From Candidatus Dojkabacteria bacterium (GTDB taxonomy: Bacteria; Patescibacteriota; Dojkabacteria; J137), in the NCBI GenBank assembly GCA_030950485.1, contig JAUZRK010000001.1:39998-103997 (forward strand): a stretch of 64,000 nucleotides of DNA. Direction: 5' to 3'. Made by a program: the position numbers and the translations under genes. Under the pieces are notes generated by a model, which searched no databases, had not been told where the DNA came from, and saw only the letters and a program-made list of their open reading frames with translations. The number at the start of each line of letters is the position of its first letter. Positions within the stretch are counted from its first letter, which is position 1. Below, in pieces: positions 19,282-29,105 of this stretch.

Positions 19282-20040
19282 TTATTGAATCTCTCTGACT
19301 ATTAATACTGGAGTTCTAACTCCTTCATCCTCCTGAGACTGAGGATTACCTCTTAAAACTTGCATAAGATCTGACTCACTAAATTTTTTCTTTAACGAAT
19401 CACTCATTCCTAATATATTATTATCAATATTATTACCATCAATTATTGCTACTTTTACTCCCATTTTCTTCTCATATTCATTACATATTTTATCTCCATC
19501 TTTAGGAGGGAGTATTGCATATTGACCACTAATAGGTCCGTCTGTAAAACCATCAATTGCATTAATCTGATTGCCTGCTATTTTATAAAAATAACCTTTA
19601 ATCCCAAATAGCTTTAAAAAAGTACCTACTCCTAGTGCTAATATTATTCTTAAATAACCAGCTTCATTAATAGCTACTTGCATTTTCCTTGGATTAGCAT
19701 ACCCTGGATCATTTGGCCACTTCTTAACAAATTTAACAATTAGCTTAGCAAGCCAAGAAGCTTCTACTTTAGACTCATGAACAACAAAATTATTAGCAAT
19801 ACTTATAGCTTTTGCTGAAATACATAAGATGTCTTCTTTTTCTAAATCCTCTTTTACATTTTTTTCAATCACTGCAACTAAATCATCTCCAATATTTATA
19901 AATGGCATTTCAACAGGATATCTTGAATATCTTTTGCTATTGAACTCTACCGTTAGTTCTCTGTTTGGATTTGCTTCTTTTTGAATTCCTAATTTTCTTT
20001 CCATAGAATAATAATACCAAGTTACATGTAAAAAGTACAA
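19282..20040 (-). CDS. CofE-like (F420-0:gamma-glutamyl ligase family) protein
   Basis: GDDL, ISAKAISI, AIDG, IIDGN, GNP..Q and TPVLIVR motifs; real start probably MERKLG (about 20004), 6 nt after TGgTATTAT. Confidence 0.7.
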   Translation of the reverse strand: MYFLHVTWYYYSMERKLGIQKEANPNRELTVEFNSKRYSRYPVEMPFINIGDDLVAVIEKNVKEDLEKEDILCISAKAISIANNFVVHESKVEASWLAKLIVKFVKKWPNDPGYANPRKMQVAINEAGYLRIILALGVGTFLKLFGIKGYFYKIAGNQINAIDGFTDGPISGQYAILPPKDGDKICNEYEKKMGVKVAIIDGNNIDNNILGMSDSLKKKFSESDLMQVLRGNPQSQEDEGVRTPVLIVREIQ

Positions 20041-20152
20041 AGCAAAAATGGTTGTTTATCGTTTATACTTTTAACTTTTGACTTTTGACTTAGTACTATT
20101 TAATGTAGAATACTAATTAGCTAATTTGTACATTTTTTAAACTCATAAATAC

Positions 20153-20833
20153 ATGAGGCGATTGCTTACATATACATTAATATTGTTGTTTGGAACACTA
20201 CTAGCCCTATGGTCACCATGGTTAAGGTGGAATATTTCAATAGCAGATCTTTTAGGTGCTGAGAAACCAGAAAGTATTGCAGGACTTCAGGTCTTCTCAT
20301 TAGCAGGTGAGCTTAATATTTATGTTGATGATGAATTCCAAGGTACAGTTACCACAGATAATTCACCGTATTTTATAAATAATATAACGCCTGGAGAACG
20401 AAGAATTAGAGTAGAAAGAAAATCAGATACTAATGGTGCTTATTGGAATTTCAATAGATTAATTAGTTTTGAAGAAGGAAATGATGTTGTTATCTCATAT
20501 AATATAGGTCCGAGTGAAGAATTCTCAACTGGAAATTTTATATATACTACGAAATCTTCAGAAGATGAAAAAAATAGAGCTAAACTAAATTTCAAACTAA
20601 ATGTAGAAGATTCAATAATTAGCATTGATAACATTACAAAAGTTGTTGATGGCTATACAGTTAGCGAATATGTAAATCTGGATAAACAGTATTCTGTAAA
20701 AGTAAGTAAGTCCGGATATGAAGATCTAGAATTTACCTTACTACCAAGTGAAAGTGAACTTAGATCAGAACTCGAAGGCCATGATCTAAATGTAGAAGTA
20801 AATTTAATGTTGCAACCAGTATTAGTCGAATAA
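20153..20833 (+). CDS. Membrane-anchored PEGA-domain protein
   Basis: N-terminal TM helix; IYVDDEFQG.....PG and VSKSGY repeats. Confidence 0.7.
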   Translation: MRRLLTYTLILLFGTLLALWSPWLRWNISIADLLGAEKPESIAGLQVFSLAGELNIYVDDEFQGTVTTDNSPYFINNITPGERRIRVERKSDTNGAYWNFNRLISFEEGNDVVISYNIGPSEEFSTGNFIYTTKSSEDEKNRAKLNFKLNVEDSIISIDNITKVVDGYTVSEYVNLDKQYSVKVSKSGYEDLEFTLLPSESELRSELEGHDLNVEVNLMLQPVLVE

Positions 20834-23800
20834 TGAGAGTACCAGACCAATTTAAACTAAAAAACACTATTAAATATCCAACCTCAATTATAGTCGGTGG
20901 TATTTCTAAATTAGGGCTTGAAGTAGCTGAATCTCTAGTTGAACAAGGTGGATATGTAATCATAATTGATACAGTAAACGAAGAAAGTATCGCTAGATTA
21001 GGGACTTTCAGTAGAAATGATCTAGTAAGTCTTTTAGATTACTCTTCAATTCCGCACTTAGAGGAAGATATAAGGAGATTAGATTATGTATTCTACTTCA
21101 ATCACGAAATAGTAGACTTTAAAAATAAAATATCTACTCAAGAATTTCTAACTTTTTCGAACTATCTTGATGCAGTTTTAACACTAGCTACTAAATTTGA
21201 AGCTAAGTTTCTTTTAACTTCTTCTATAAAAGTAAATCAAGTAATACTATCGGAAGCTGAATTAAGTTTAGGACTTGGTTCATCTGATAAAGTTACCCAT
21301 ATTTATACTGAAATGGAAACACAGAAGTATGCAGAAGGATTAGTAATGGAATATGGAGAGAAAGCTGAGTTAGATGTAAGAATAATAAGATTGGGTGAGA
21401 TAATTGGAGATGAGATGAATTTCAGAAATCTTACATCCTTTACTGAATTCATTTTAAATGCAGTTAGAGGTAAGGCACTTGAATTAAAAAAAGATGGGTT
21501 AGAAAATGAATGGTACATACATCTTTTAGATGCAGCATACGCTTTAATTAAGGCACAATTTGGATCTAAAACCTCTGCTAGAATATTTTCAGCTAGCTAT
21601 GATACGTCATTCTCTCATTTAGCTATAGCTTATAAGATACAAGAATATTCAGATGGGAAAACAGAAATAAGATTTATAAGAGAAAATGACAATCTACCAT
21701 CACTAAAACTTTATAAACCTGCTAAAAGCTTATCAGATATAGGTTGGGTTCCTAAAATCTCTTTTGATAAAGCGATAAGAGAATCGGTTGCTTCAGCAAA
21801 GATTTTTTTAGCGGAAAAGAATATTGAAAAAATAAAGAGAAACTCTAACGCTTCTTTAAGTTCTAAACTAATGAGTTTTCTTAGCCTAGCTAATGATGAT
21901 TCAGAAAATAGACTAAATGAAGATATTTTAGATACTATGGCTAGGGAGCATGATAATGATAAGAAAGTGAAAAAAAATCGATTAGTATTAGGACATAGAG
22001 ACTTAAAAAAGAGAAGGAGAAGACCAAAAACTAGAAAAGAGAAATTTCAAGATATTTTCTGGGCGGGATTTACACGATTTGCAAATATTTTTACTTTCTT
22101 TAGGAATAAATCGCCACTAGAAATAGGTGCGTTATTTGTATCAGTAACACTTTTAATATTTGTATATTTCTTTGCATTTGCTCCATTTATATATTTAACA
22201 AAGAACTATACTACTGCAATTCAAGATACAGAAGAACTGTTAGATTTTGCTAATGAAAAGAATTATGAACAACTAACTTCAAAAACTGAAAAAATAAAGA
22301 TAGCATTAGAAGACAATATTGATCTTTTGTCTATGTATGAATTCAGCTCAAAATTTATTACACTTGAGGATGAATTAGCTGATATTCAAGAAATAAATGA
22401 TATATATGCTCTTGCAATTAGTGGAATAATTGATGTTTCAGAAAATATAGACCCATTAAATGTATATCTTAATGAATTCTATAATAATACAGTTTTAAGA
22501 TCAGGTAATGAAAGCTATCTTTCAATTAATGATAACGGGGTGGATTTCTCAGCTGAACTATCCAAAGTAGAAGGCAATAGAATTTATTTAGTATCAGGAT
22601 TAGAAAAGCTGGATAAAGCAATTGAGAGATTAAATAAGAGAGACTATACTCATCTTCCAGAATATATAGCTACAAGGATAGTTGATATGAACTTAAAACT
22701 TTCAGAACTTAAGTCATCTTTAGAATCTAGTTATTATGAAAGTTATTTAGCAGAGCTTTTAGGGGCAACGAATCAGAAGACTCATTTAATCTTAGTTCTT
22801 GATAATACTCGTCTTTCACCTATCGGTGGAGATATATCCGCATTCGCCTTAGTTACATTTAAAGGAGGTAGCGTTGTAGATATTGTAGTTAGACCTGTAA
22901 CTGATAGTTTAGAAATACCTACTTTTAGCAATGAGGAAATAGCTTACTTAAATACTAATAGATTTAGCTTAATAAATGCTACAGATATTGAATTGAATGA
23001 TTTTTCAAGCCTTACAGATTTTAGAGAATTTGCTTTTGAAATGCGTTCTGTTTTTGAGAATGAATATGAAAGAGATATTGATGGAGTAATTACTTTAAAT
23101 TTAAATTCTTTATCTGAGTTATTATCAGTCAATCAAATTGGTCCTGTAAATGTATCGGGATTAGACTTTAATGAATCAAATTTCTTAAACTCTTTAAATA
23201 ACGCTCAAGTTCAAAATGAAAATGTTGAGGTTAGAAGAGATTTAATTGCACAAGTATTAGCTACATTCCTTTACAATGAGTTTAATTCCTACTCTAATAC
23301 GTATTCAGACTTGGTAAATAAAATTACAAGTCAGTTATTATTAGACAACATATACTTAGACTTTGATACATCAAATATACAAGATGAATTAGATAAAAAT
23401 TATATTAGCTTCGCTGAAGATACTGATAGTTATATAAAGGTAACTACTTTAATGAATGATCCTAATAATGTAAATATTTCAAAGTTTTCTGATATTAATA
23501 TTGCTCTTGAGACAAGTATTTCAAATGAATTATCACTAAGTCATAAAGCAACTGTTAACTTTACGAATCTAGGAAATGGTCAAGAACTGGCTGTATGTTT
23601 ATCAAGAAATACAGATCCAGATTCTGTAGTTGTTAGCGGACTGACTTCAGATTCGCTTAGATATGTTATTAATGAAGGTGAAGATGATGTTTGTATAGTG
23701 ATGAGAATACTCTCTGAGAATTCAGTTACTATTACATGGAAAGAGTTCTCTAAATTTGAAGTTAATGGAGGAGAGACTATAATACAGCTTGGAGTAGCTA

Positions 23801-23964
23801 GAGTAAAAGGGGCTAGAACTACTCTAGATCATACAATTAAGTTGGGAAACAACTTACAAATAAGTAATATTGAGTCTGATATATCTTTCGTTCCGGGATC
23901 AACTGAGGTTGGCTATAATAAGCAAATACTGTCTGATCAAATCACTACTCTCAGCATACGTTAA
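20833..23964 (+). CDS. NAD-dependent epimerase-like domain + TM + DUF4012-like extracellular domain
   Basis: IIVGGISKLG, Y..Q.K.AE, IGWVPKISF; TM near aa 430-455; LVLDNTRLSPIGG and IDGVI resemble DUF4012. Confidence 0.7.
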   Translation: MRVPDQFKLKNTIKYPTSIIVGGISKLGLEVAESLVEQGGYVIIIDTVNEESIARLGTFSRNDLVSLLDYSSIPHLEEDIRRLDYVFYFNHEIVDFKNKISTQEFLTFSNYLDAVLTLATKFEAKFLLTSSIKVNQVILSEAELSLGLGSSDKVTHIYTEMETQKYAEGLVMEYGEKAELDVRIIRLGEIIGDEMNFRNLTSFTEFILNAVRGKALELKKDGLENEWYIHLLDAAYALIKAQFGSKTSARIFSASYDTSFSHLAIAYKIQEYSDGKTEIRFIRENDNLPSLKLYKPAKSLSDIGWVPKISFDKAIRESVASAKIFLAEKNIEKIKRNSNASLSSKLMSFLSLANDDSENRLNEDILDTMAREHDNDKKVKKNRLVLGHRDLKKRRRRPKTRKEKFQDIFWAGFTRFANIFTFFRNKSPLEIGALFVSVTLLIFVYFFAFAPFIYLTKNYTTAIQDTEELLDFANEKNYEQLTSKTEKIKIALEDNIDLLSMYEFSSKFITLEDELADIQEINDIYALAISGIIDVSENIDPLNVYLNEFYNNTVLRSGNESYLSINDNGVDFSAELSKVEGNRIYLVSGLEKLDKAIERLNKRDYTHLPEYIATRIVDMNLKLSELKSSLESSYYESYLAELLGATNQKTHLILVLDNTRLSPIGGDISAFALVTFKGGSVVDIVVRPVTDSLEIPTFSNEEIAYLNTNRFSLINATDIELNDFSSLTDFREFAFEMRSVFENEYERDIDGVITLNLNSLSELLSVNQIGPVNVSGLDFNESNFLNSLNNAQVQNENVEVRRDLIAQVLATFLYNEFNSYSNTYSDLVNKITSQLLLDNIYLDFDTSNIQDELDKNYISFAEDTDSYIKVTTLMNDPNNVNISKFSDINIALETSISNELSLSHKATVNFTNLGNGQELAVCLSRNTDPDSVVVSGLTSDSLRYVINEGEDDVCIVMRILSENSVTITWKEFSKFEVNGGETIIQLGVARVKGARTTLDHTIKLGNNLQISNIESDISFVPGSTEVGYNKQILSDQITTLSIR

Positions 23965-24058
23965 ATTTAATTTTGCTAATGCTAACTTTCGTGGTAATAT
24001 GGAAGTAATGGGTTCCTTTCGGGGATCTATTTTTACTGTTAATTTTTAAGAAAATATT

Positions 24059-24559
24059 GTGGCTAAAGAAATGCAAAGTGATAACGAAACAATCGAATTA
24101 ACTCAAGAAGCTCATGATGAATTGTCAGCTGAGTTAGAAGAACGTAAAACTGTTACACGACCAAAAATCGCAGAAGAAATTAAAGAAGCAAGAGAGTTAG
24201 GTGATTTAAGCGAGAATCATGCCTATACAACAGCAATGGAAAGAAAGGATTTAAATGAAGACAGAATAACTGATCTTGAGAGAATGCTTAAAAATACAAA
24301 AGTTGTTACAACTTCAGCTTCAACTAAAGTAGTAATGATAGGACATAGTATTGAAATTGAAAATACTGCTAATAATAGAAAGAAGGTTGTAAGACTTGTC
24401 GGAGGAGAAGAAACACTATCAGCGGATTCAAGAGAAGGTAAAATTTCTACAGACTCCCCTATTGGTAGAGCTATTTTCAAATCTAAGATTGGAGATGTTG
24501 TCAAAGTTGATCTTGGTGAAAGAGAAATTGAGTATAAAATTGTAAAATTTGTAAAGTAA
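24059..24559 (+). CDS. greA: Transcription elongation factor GreA
   Basis: ARELGDLSEN and ISTDSPIGRA motifs. Confidence 0.95.
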   Translation: MAKEMQSDNETIELTQEAHDELSAELEERKTVTRPKIAEEIKEARELGDLSENHAYTTAMERKDLNEDRITDLERMLKNTKVVTTSASTKVVMIGHSIEIENTANNRKKVVRLVGGEETLSADSREGKISTDSPIGRAIFKSKIGDVVKVDLGEREIEYKIVKFVK

Positions 24560-24573
24560 TTTCAAATGGGTTT

Positions 24574-24607
24574 AAAAAGAGGGCATCTTAAGCTGCCCTC
24601 TTTTTTT
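24574..24607. terminator. Bidirectional intrinsic terminator
   Basis: AAAAAGAGGGCA-tcttaagc-TGCCCTCTTTTTTT. Confidence 0.85.
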
Positions 24608-24619
24608 ACTTATATAACT

Positions 24620-25261
24620 TTATTTTTTACTTTCCTCTTTCTTTACCATTTTATAAGATTTCATAATGTACATTCCCCAGAAAATTAAGCTTGAAAATAA
24701 TACTGCTAAGCTATCTGCACTTAGGAAATCTGCTTTTTCATACATATTATCCAAAATATTTCCTGCTACTATAAATATTGAAATGAATGACAGAACTGAG
24801 AAGATTACTACACCTAAGTTTATAAAAACCTTGTTTGCAACTGTTCCTTCTTTTACATCTTCTGCTTTTATAATAGTATTGTAATAATAATGGAATGCCA
24901 TTATCATAAGTCCTATCAAAAGATAAACTAAACCTCTTACAAAAGTCTCAGATTCGATTTCTAGGTATGCATTCTCATCTGGAAGTATCACCTCAAAAAG
25001 ATATGATAAAACCATTTGAAGTCCAACAAAGGCTGAAATAGAACCTATAAGTAACCAAGCACAGTTATTGATTCTTGTACCTACCTTCATTAATCTAGGC
25101 ATGAATTCTTCTGCGTGCTTTTTGTTGCCTGAAAAGTAGTATAAAACTAGTCCAAACATTGCTAATGCAATTGGAAATAACATTACAGAGAGTAATGAGT
25201 TTATAACGGCAAGTCCTGCTGAAAATGCCATATCTAATCCTGTAGTTGGTCCACCTAACAT
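24620..25261 (-). CDS. Integral membrane protein (DUF5671-like)
   Basis: About 5 hydrophobic segments. Confidence 0.6.
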   Translation of the reverse strand: MLGGPTTGLDMAFSAGLAVINSLLSVMLFPIALAMFGLVLYYFSGNKKHAEEFMPRLMKVGTRINNCAWLLIGSISAFVGLQMVLSYLFEVILPDENAYLEIESETFVRGLVYLLIGLMIMAFHYYYNTIIKAEDVKEGTVANKVFINLGVVIFSVLSFISIFIVAGNILDNMYEKADFLSADSLAVLFSSLIFWGMYIMKSYKMVKKEESKK

Positions 25262-25311
25262 AAATGAAAATTTAAATATATAATGTTTATTATATATTTA
25301 GAGTATAGAGG

Positions 25312-26760
25312 TTACAAATCTAGTTTTTCTTTTAAAAGCTCTTCAGTAGTATTAGGGTTTGCTTTACCTCTACTTTCTCTCATAACTAAGCCAACGAGGA
25401 ATTTTACAGCGTTCGGATTTTTCTTAATATCTTTTACGACTTTTTCATTATCGGATATTACTTTATCGACAAATTTTTCTAGTTCAGATTCATCAGTTAT
25501 CTGTAAAAGATTTCTTTCTTTTATAATTTCTTCTGCTCCAGCTTTTCCTGTAGTAAATATTATCTCAATGACCTTCTTAACTACAGTACCAGTTATTTTA
25601 TTTTCTAAAAGAAGATTAAGTAAATATAGAAAGTCTTTTGTAGTTAAAGGCATTTTTTCAAAGCTTGTTTTTCGTTTTTCAACAAATCCAGCAATGTCAG
25701 AGTTAATCCATTTAGATAGTTCTTTTGCTATCTTAGTATCGTTACTCCCTTCTTCTTGGCAAACGAGATCAAACCAATCACCTCTATCAGTATCCTCAAT
25801 AAATATATCAGCTTGTTCTAATTCAAGTCCTAATTCTAAATATCTAGTTTTTCTTTCTAATGGTAGCTCTTTAATACTTTCTTTTATTTCGTTAATCCAT
25901 GTATCATCTAATTTTATTGGAGGAATATCTGGTTCTGGAAAATATCTATAATCGTCAGCACTCTCCTTTGTTCTTTGTAATAAAGTCTCACCGGACATAT
26001 TTTTAAGTCCCCTAGTCTGACTAATCATCTTCTTGCCGTTATCAATTTCTATTGATTGTCTTTCATATTCAAAATCTATTACTTTCTCTAATACAGAGAT
26101 AGAACCGATATTCTTAACTTCGATTCTATAATCTGGAAGCTCATGCGCTGCTAGATCTGGAGTTTTTAGACTCATATTAAGCTCAAATCTCATCTGTCCT
26201 TTTTGCATTTCTGCGTCACTTACTTCTGCATATCTTATAATCTGTCTTAATCTTTTAGCAAATGCTGCTATCTCCTCTACTGTTTGAAAGTCCGGTTCAG
26301 TAACGATTTCAATTAATGGTGTTCCAGATTTATTGTAATCTACTAGTGTATCTTCGCCTTCATGAATTGATTTTGCTGTATCTTCCTCCATATGTACTCT
26401 CTTTATTCTAATTCTTCTAGAGTCATCCCCTATTTCAATTTCAACGTAACCATCTTCCCCAAATGGGATGTCTGATTGTGTTATCTGATAGCCTTTCGGT
26501 AAATCGGGATAATAATAGTTCTTTCTGTCAAATTTAGAATTGTTATTTATTTTACAATTTAGTGCAAGTGATAGTTTTATGCACTTTCTTATTGCCTCTT
26601 CATTTGGAACAGGAAGAGCGCCAGGTAAGCCGAAGCAAACAGGACATATATTTATATTTGCCTCTTTACCAAAATAATCTGAGCTACAGCTACAGAACAT
26701 TTTTGAATTTGTTTTTGCTTGTAAGTGGACCTCGAGTCCAATAACTGTTTGATATTTCAT
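25312..26760 (-). CDS. gatB: Asp/Glu-tRNA amidotransferase subunit B
   Basis: IGLEVH, FDRKNYYYPDLPKGYQITQ and YRYFPEPD motifs. Confidence 0.97.
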   Translation of the reverse strand: MKYQTVIGLEVHLQAKTNSKMFCSCSSDYFGKEANINICPVCFGLPGALPVPNEEAIRKCIKLSLALNCKINNNSKFDRKNYYYPDLPKGYQITQSDIPFGEDGYVEIEIGDDSRRIRIKRVHMEEDTAKSIHEGEDTLVDYNKSGTPLIEIVTEPDFQTVEEIAAFAKRLRQIIRYAEVSDAEMQKGQMRFELNMSLKTPDLAAHELPDYRIEVKNIGSISVLEKVIDFEYERQSIEIDNGKKMISQTRGLKNMSGETLLQRTKESADDYRYFPEPDIPPIKLDDTWINEIKESIKELPLERKTRYLELGLELEQADIFIEDTDRGDWFDLVCQEEGSNDTKIAKELSKWINSDIAGFVEKRKTSFEKMPLTTKDFLYLLNLLLENKITGTVVKKVIEIIFTTGKAGAEEIIKERNLLQITDESELEKFVDKVISDNEKVVKDIKKNPNAVKFLVGLVMRESRGKANPNTTEELLKEKLDL

Positions 26761-26791
26761 CAGAGTAATTCTAGCTTAAGAGAGCTTAATT

Positions 26792-27274
26792 TTAAAGCTC
26801 AACTACTTCATCTAGTTCAATTGCCATTTCTTCTTCAGTTCTATAGACAAATTCCCCTGGAGGTTGATGAGTTATGTACATTATTCCAGTATAGTCTCTA
26901 AATATATCTGGAAGATAATTACTTATGATCGCTCCTGGTGGTCTTTGTGACATACTGATACAATTTTCTGTTCTAAATATAGCGAAGTGCCCTAATTTTT
27001 CAGGGTCAATTTTTCCACCTTCTATATAAATATAAGAAACGCTTTATGGTTGGAGCGTTGGTGAAGCTTGCGAAGAATCAGCATGATAAATCTCTTGGGT
27101 TTCCAGCCATTTTATAGAGTTAGCTTGAGCCTTAGCTAGGCTACTTCCTTCTAGATGCTCAACAAGACCTGGTTCATACCCAGTCCCGGTTTCTCGAGCC
27201 CTTTCTTCAGAATAGTTTTGGTAAGTAAATTCTTCAGCCACCAGAGATTTTAGCGCGAATAATGTAATAAGCAA
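26792..27274 (-). pseudogene. Hypothetical gene interrupted by an in-frame TAA at 27044
   Basis: The frame continues about 83 codons past the stop (SVSYIYIEGGKIDPE...DEVVEL*). Confidence 0.55.
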
Positions 27275-27401
27275 AGTTAAATTGCTATTGTATTACAACT
27301 CTGATATTGATATTTTCAAGAGGGTCGTGACATTATTAATGATGCATATATATCATTTAATCAATTTACTAACCACTTGCCCCTCATCACTAATCTCTAG
27401 C

Positions 27402-28910
27402 CTAAAACTCTATCTTCATTGCTTCCTTCATCTCATCCGCTATGCCTCTTGCTATCTTGCTTACTTTCTTACTGCCCTCTACAGCTTTTTCTACTAACTC
27501 AGCTTTCTTTCCTTCTGCCTCTCTTCTCTTTTCCCTAATCGGAGTTAAAACCTCGTTCATAGCAGCAAATAGTTTTTCTTTAACTTCAACGTCTCCAACT
27601 TTCCCAGCTTCGTATCTAGCTTTTAAGTCTGCTACTTCCTCTTTATTTGAATTAAACAAATCATGATAAGTAAATGCTACATTTCCTTCTACAGTGCCTT
27701 TATCAGTTGCATGAATTCTATTTGGATCTGTATAAACACTCATAATCTTTTTCTTCAGTTCTTCTTCTGAATCAGATAGATAAATTCCATTATTTAAGCT
27801 CTTTCCCATCTTTGCATTTCCATCAATACCTGGAACATTTTTAGGCACACCAAAATGTGCTTTTGGTTGTCCAAAAACCTCTTTTTTATACGTATTGTTG
27901 AATTTTCTAGCTATCTCCCTACAATCTTCTACCATTGGCGCCTGATCTTTACCAACAGGCACTAAATCTGCATTAACACAAAGAATGTCTGCAGCTTGAT
28001 GAGTTGGATAAATAAAGAAACCTAACGGAGTAGAATCTTCCATATTATTTTGTTTAATCTCAGTTTTCAATGTTGGGTTATGCATTAGTTGTTGAACTGA
28101 AACAAAATTCGAAAGATACATAAATATTTCATGTGTCTCTGGAACCTCACTTTGGATATAAACAGTTGATTTATCAAAATCTAATCCAGATGCATAGTAA
28201 TCACATAAAAGTTCTCCAATGCTTTGTTTTACTTTCTCAGGATTGTCTCGATTATCTGAAAGAGCATGAATATTTGCTATCAGAATAAAAGTCTCATATT
28301 CTTCCTGAAACTTCACTCGATTCATTAATGATCCGAATAAATGACCGATGTGTAATTTACCAGTTGGTCTATCTCCAGTAAGTATTCTTTTTTTTCTTGT
28401 ATCATTTAACACATTCTGTCTTCTTTCATTTGGAACCATTATGTCTACTCTCTCAAATATTGGAATTAGTTTTTCTAGATCAGTCCTTTTAATTTCTAAA
28501 GCTAATTCTGAGCTTGTGCTTCCACAAATGACTTTATTCATTTCAAAGAATGATTCATCGATAAGAATTTTATTAATTTTATTTTCTCCTTGTAGAAGAT
28601 CTAGAACCAAAGGTGATGCAAGTCCAGGTTCAAATCCTATAGATTTTAGCTCCTCATCAGATGCAAACGATACCCTGCTTGTTCCCAAATATTTTTTTAA
28701 TTTCTTAGAATCAATATTTTTATCATCTCTTCTTAGAATTCCAACATATTTATCTCCGCCATATCTAAATATTAAAGTTGATAAACCTTCTGAATATTTT
28801 ATCCCTAAAGATTTAACAATCTCGTCTATACTTAATGAACTAACCTTATGAAAGCTATGTTTAATATTTCTTTTTTCTAATAAATCTTTTATAAATTCAA
28901 AATGTTTCAT
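27402..28910 (-). CDS. trpS: Tryptophanyl-tRNA synthetase with N-terminal YbaK/ProX-like domain
   Basis: TGDRPTGKLHIGH, QAADI, VPVGKDQ and KMGKS motifs; the first ~160 aa contain GFEPGLASP and VICGS (YbaK-like). Confidence 0.93.
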   Translation of the reverse strand: MKHFEFIKDLLEKRNIKHSFHKVSSLSIDEIVKSLGIKYSEGLSTLIFRYGGDKYVGILRRDDKNIDSKKLKKYLGTSRVSFASDEELKSIGFEPGLASPLVLDLLQGENKINKILIDESFFEMNKVICGSTSSELALEIKRTDLEKLIPIFERVDIMVPNERRQNVLNDTRKKRILTGDRPTGKLHIGHLFGSLMNRVKFQEEYETFILIANIHALSDNRDNPEKVKQSIGELLCDYYASGLDFDKSTVYIQSEVPETHEIFMYLSNFVSVQQLMHNPTLKTEIKQNNMEDSTPLGFFIYPTHQAADILCVNADLVPVGKDQAPMVEDCREIARKFNNTYKKEVFGQPKAHFGVPKNVPGIDGNAKMGKSLNNGIYLSDSEEELKKKIMSVYTDPNRIHATDKGTVEGNVAFTYHDLFNSNKEEVADLKARYEAGKVGDVEVKEKLFAAMNEVLTPIREKRREAEGKKAELVEKAVEGSKKVSKIARGIADEMKEAMKIEF

Positions 28911-28987
28911 TGTTTATATTTTCGTAATTATTTTAATTATACACTTTTTAAGTAGTTACTCATTTCCAGATATAAAACTACCTAAAA

Positions 28988-29020
28988 TAACAAAAATCCC
29001 GCATTTGCGGGATTGGTAAG
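28988..29020 (-). terminator. trpS attenuator terminator
   Basis: AATCCCGC-AAAT-GCGGGATTTTTG; CTTACCAATCCC can alternatively pair with GGGCTTGGTAA in the leader. Confidence 0.8.
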
Positions 29021-29039
29021 TCGTTAAGTTTTAAAAGCT

Positions 29040-29090
29040 TTACCAAGCCCATCTGTCTGAATAGTTTTGCCAATATATTGAATATATCAT
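29040..29090 (-). CDS. Trp-rich leader peptide MIYSIYWQNYSDRWAW
   Basis: 3 TGG codons in 16; TGaTATAAT lies 6 nt before the ATG; terminator then trpS follow. Confidence 0.85.
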   Translation of the reverse strand: MIYSIYWQNYSDRWAW

Positions 29091-29105
29091 AGAGTAATTA
29101 TATCA

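Noticed and set aside
20067-20093. Short ACTTTT(G/A) heptamer repeats (also near 57541)
   Set aside because: Only 2-4 low-complexity copies with no associated gene; not enough to call an element.
25283-25951. 222-aa plus-strand ORF and other antisense ORFs (e.g. 28348..28851, 29176..29589, 63700..63981)
   Set aside because: Shadow ORFs opposite well-supported genes, with Ser/Phe/Leu-biased composition.
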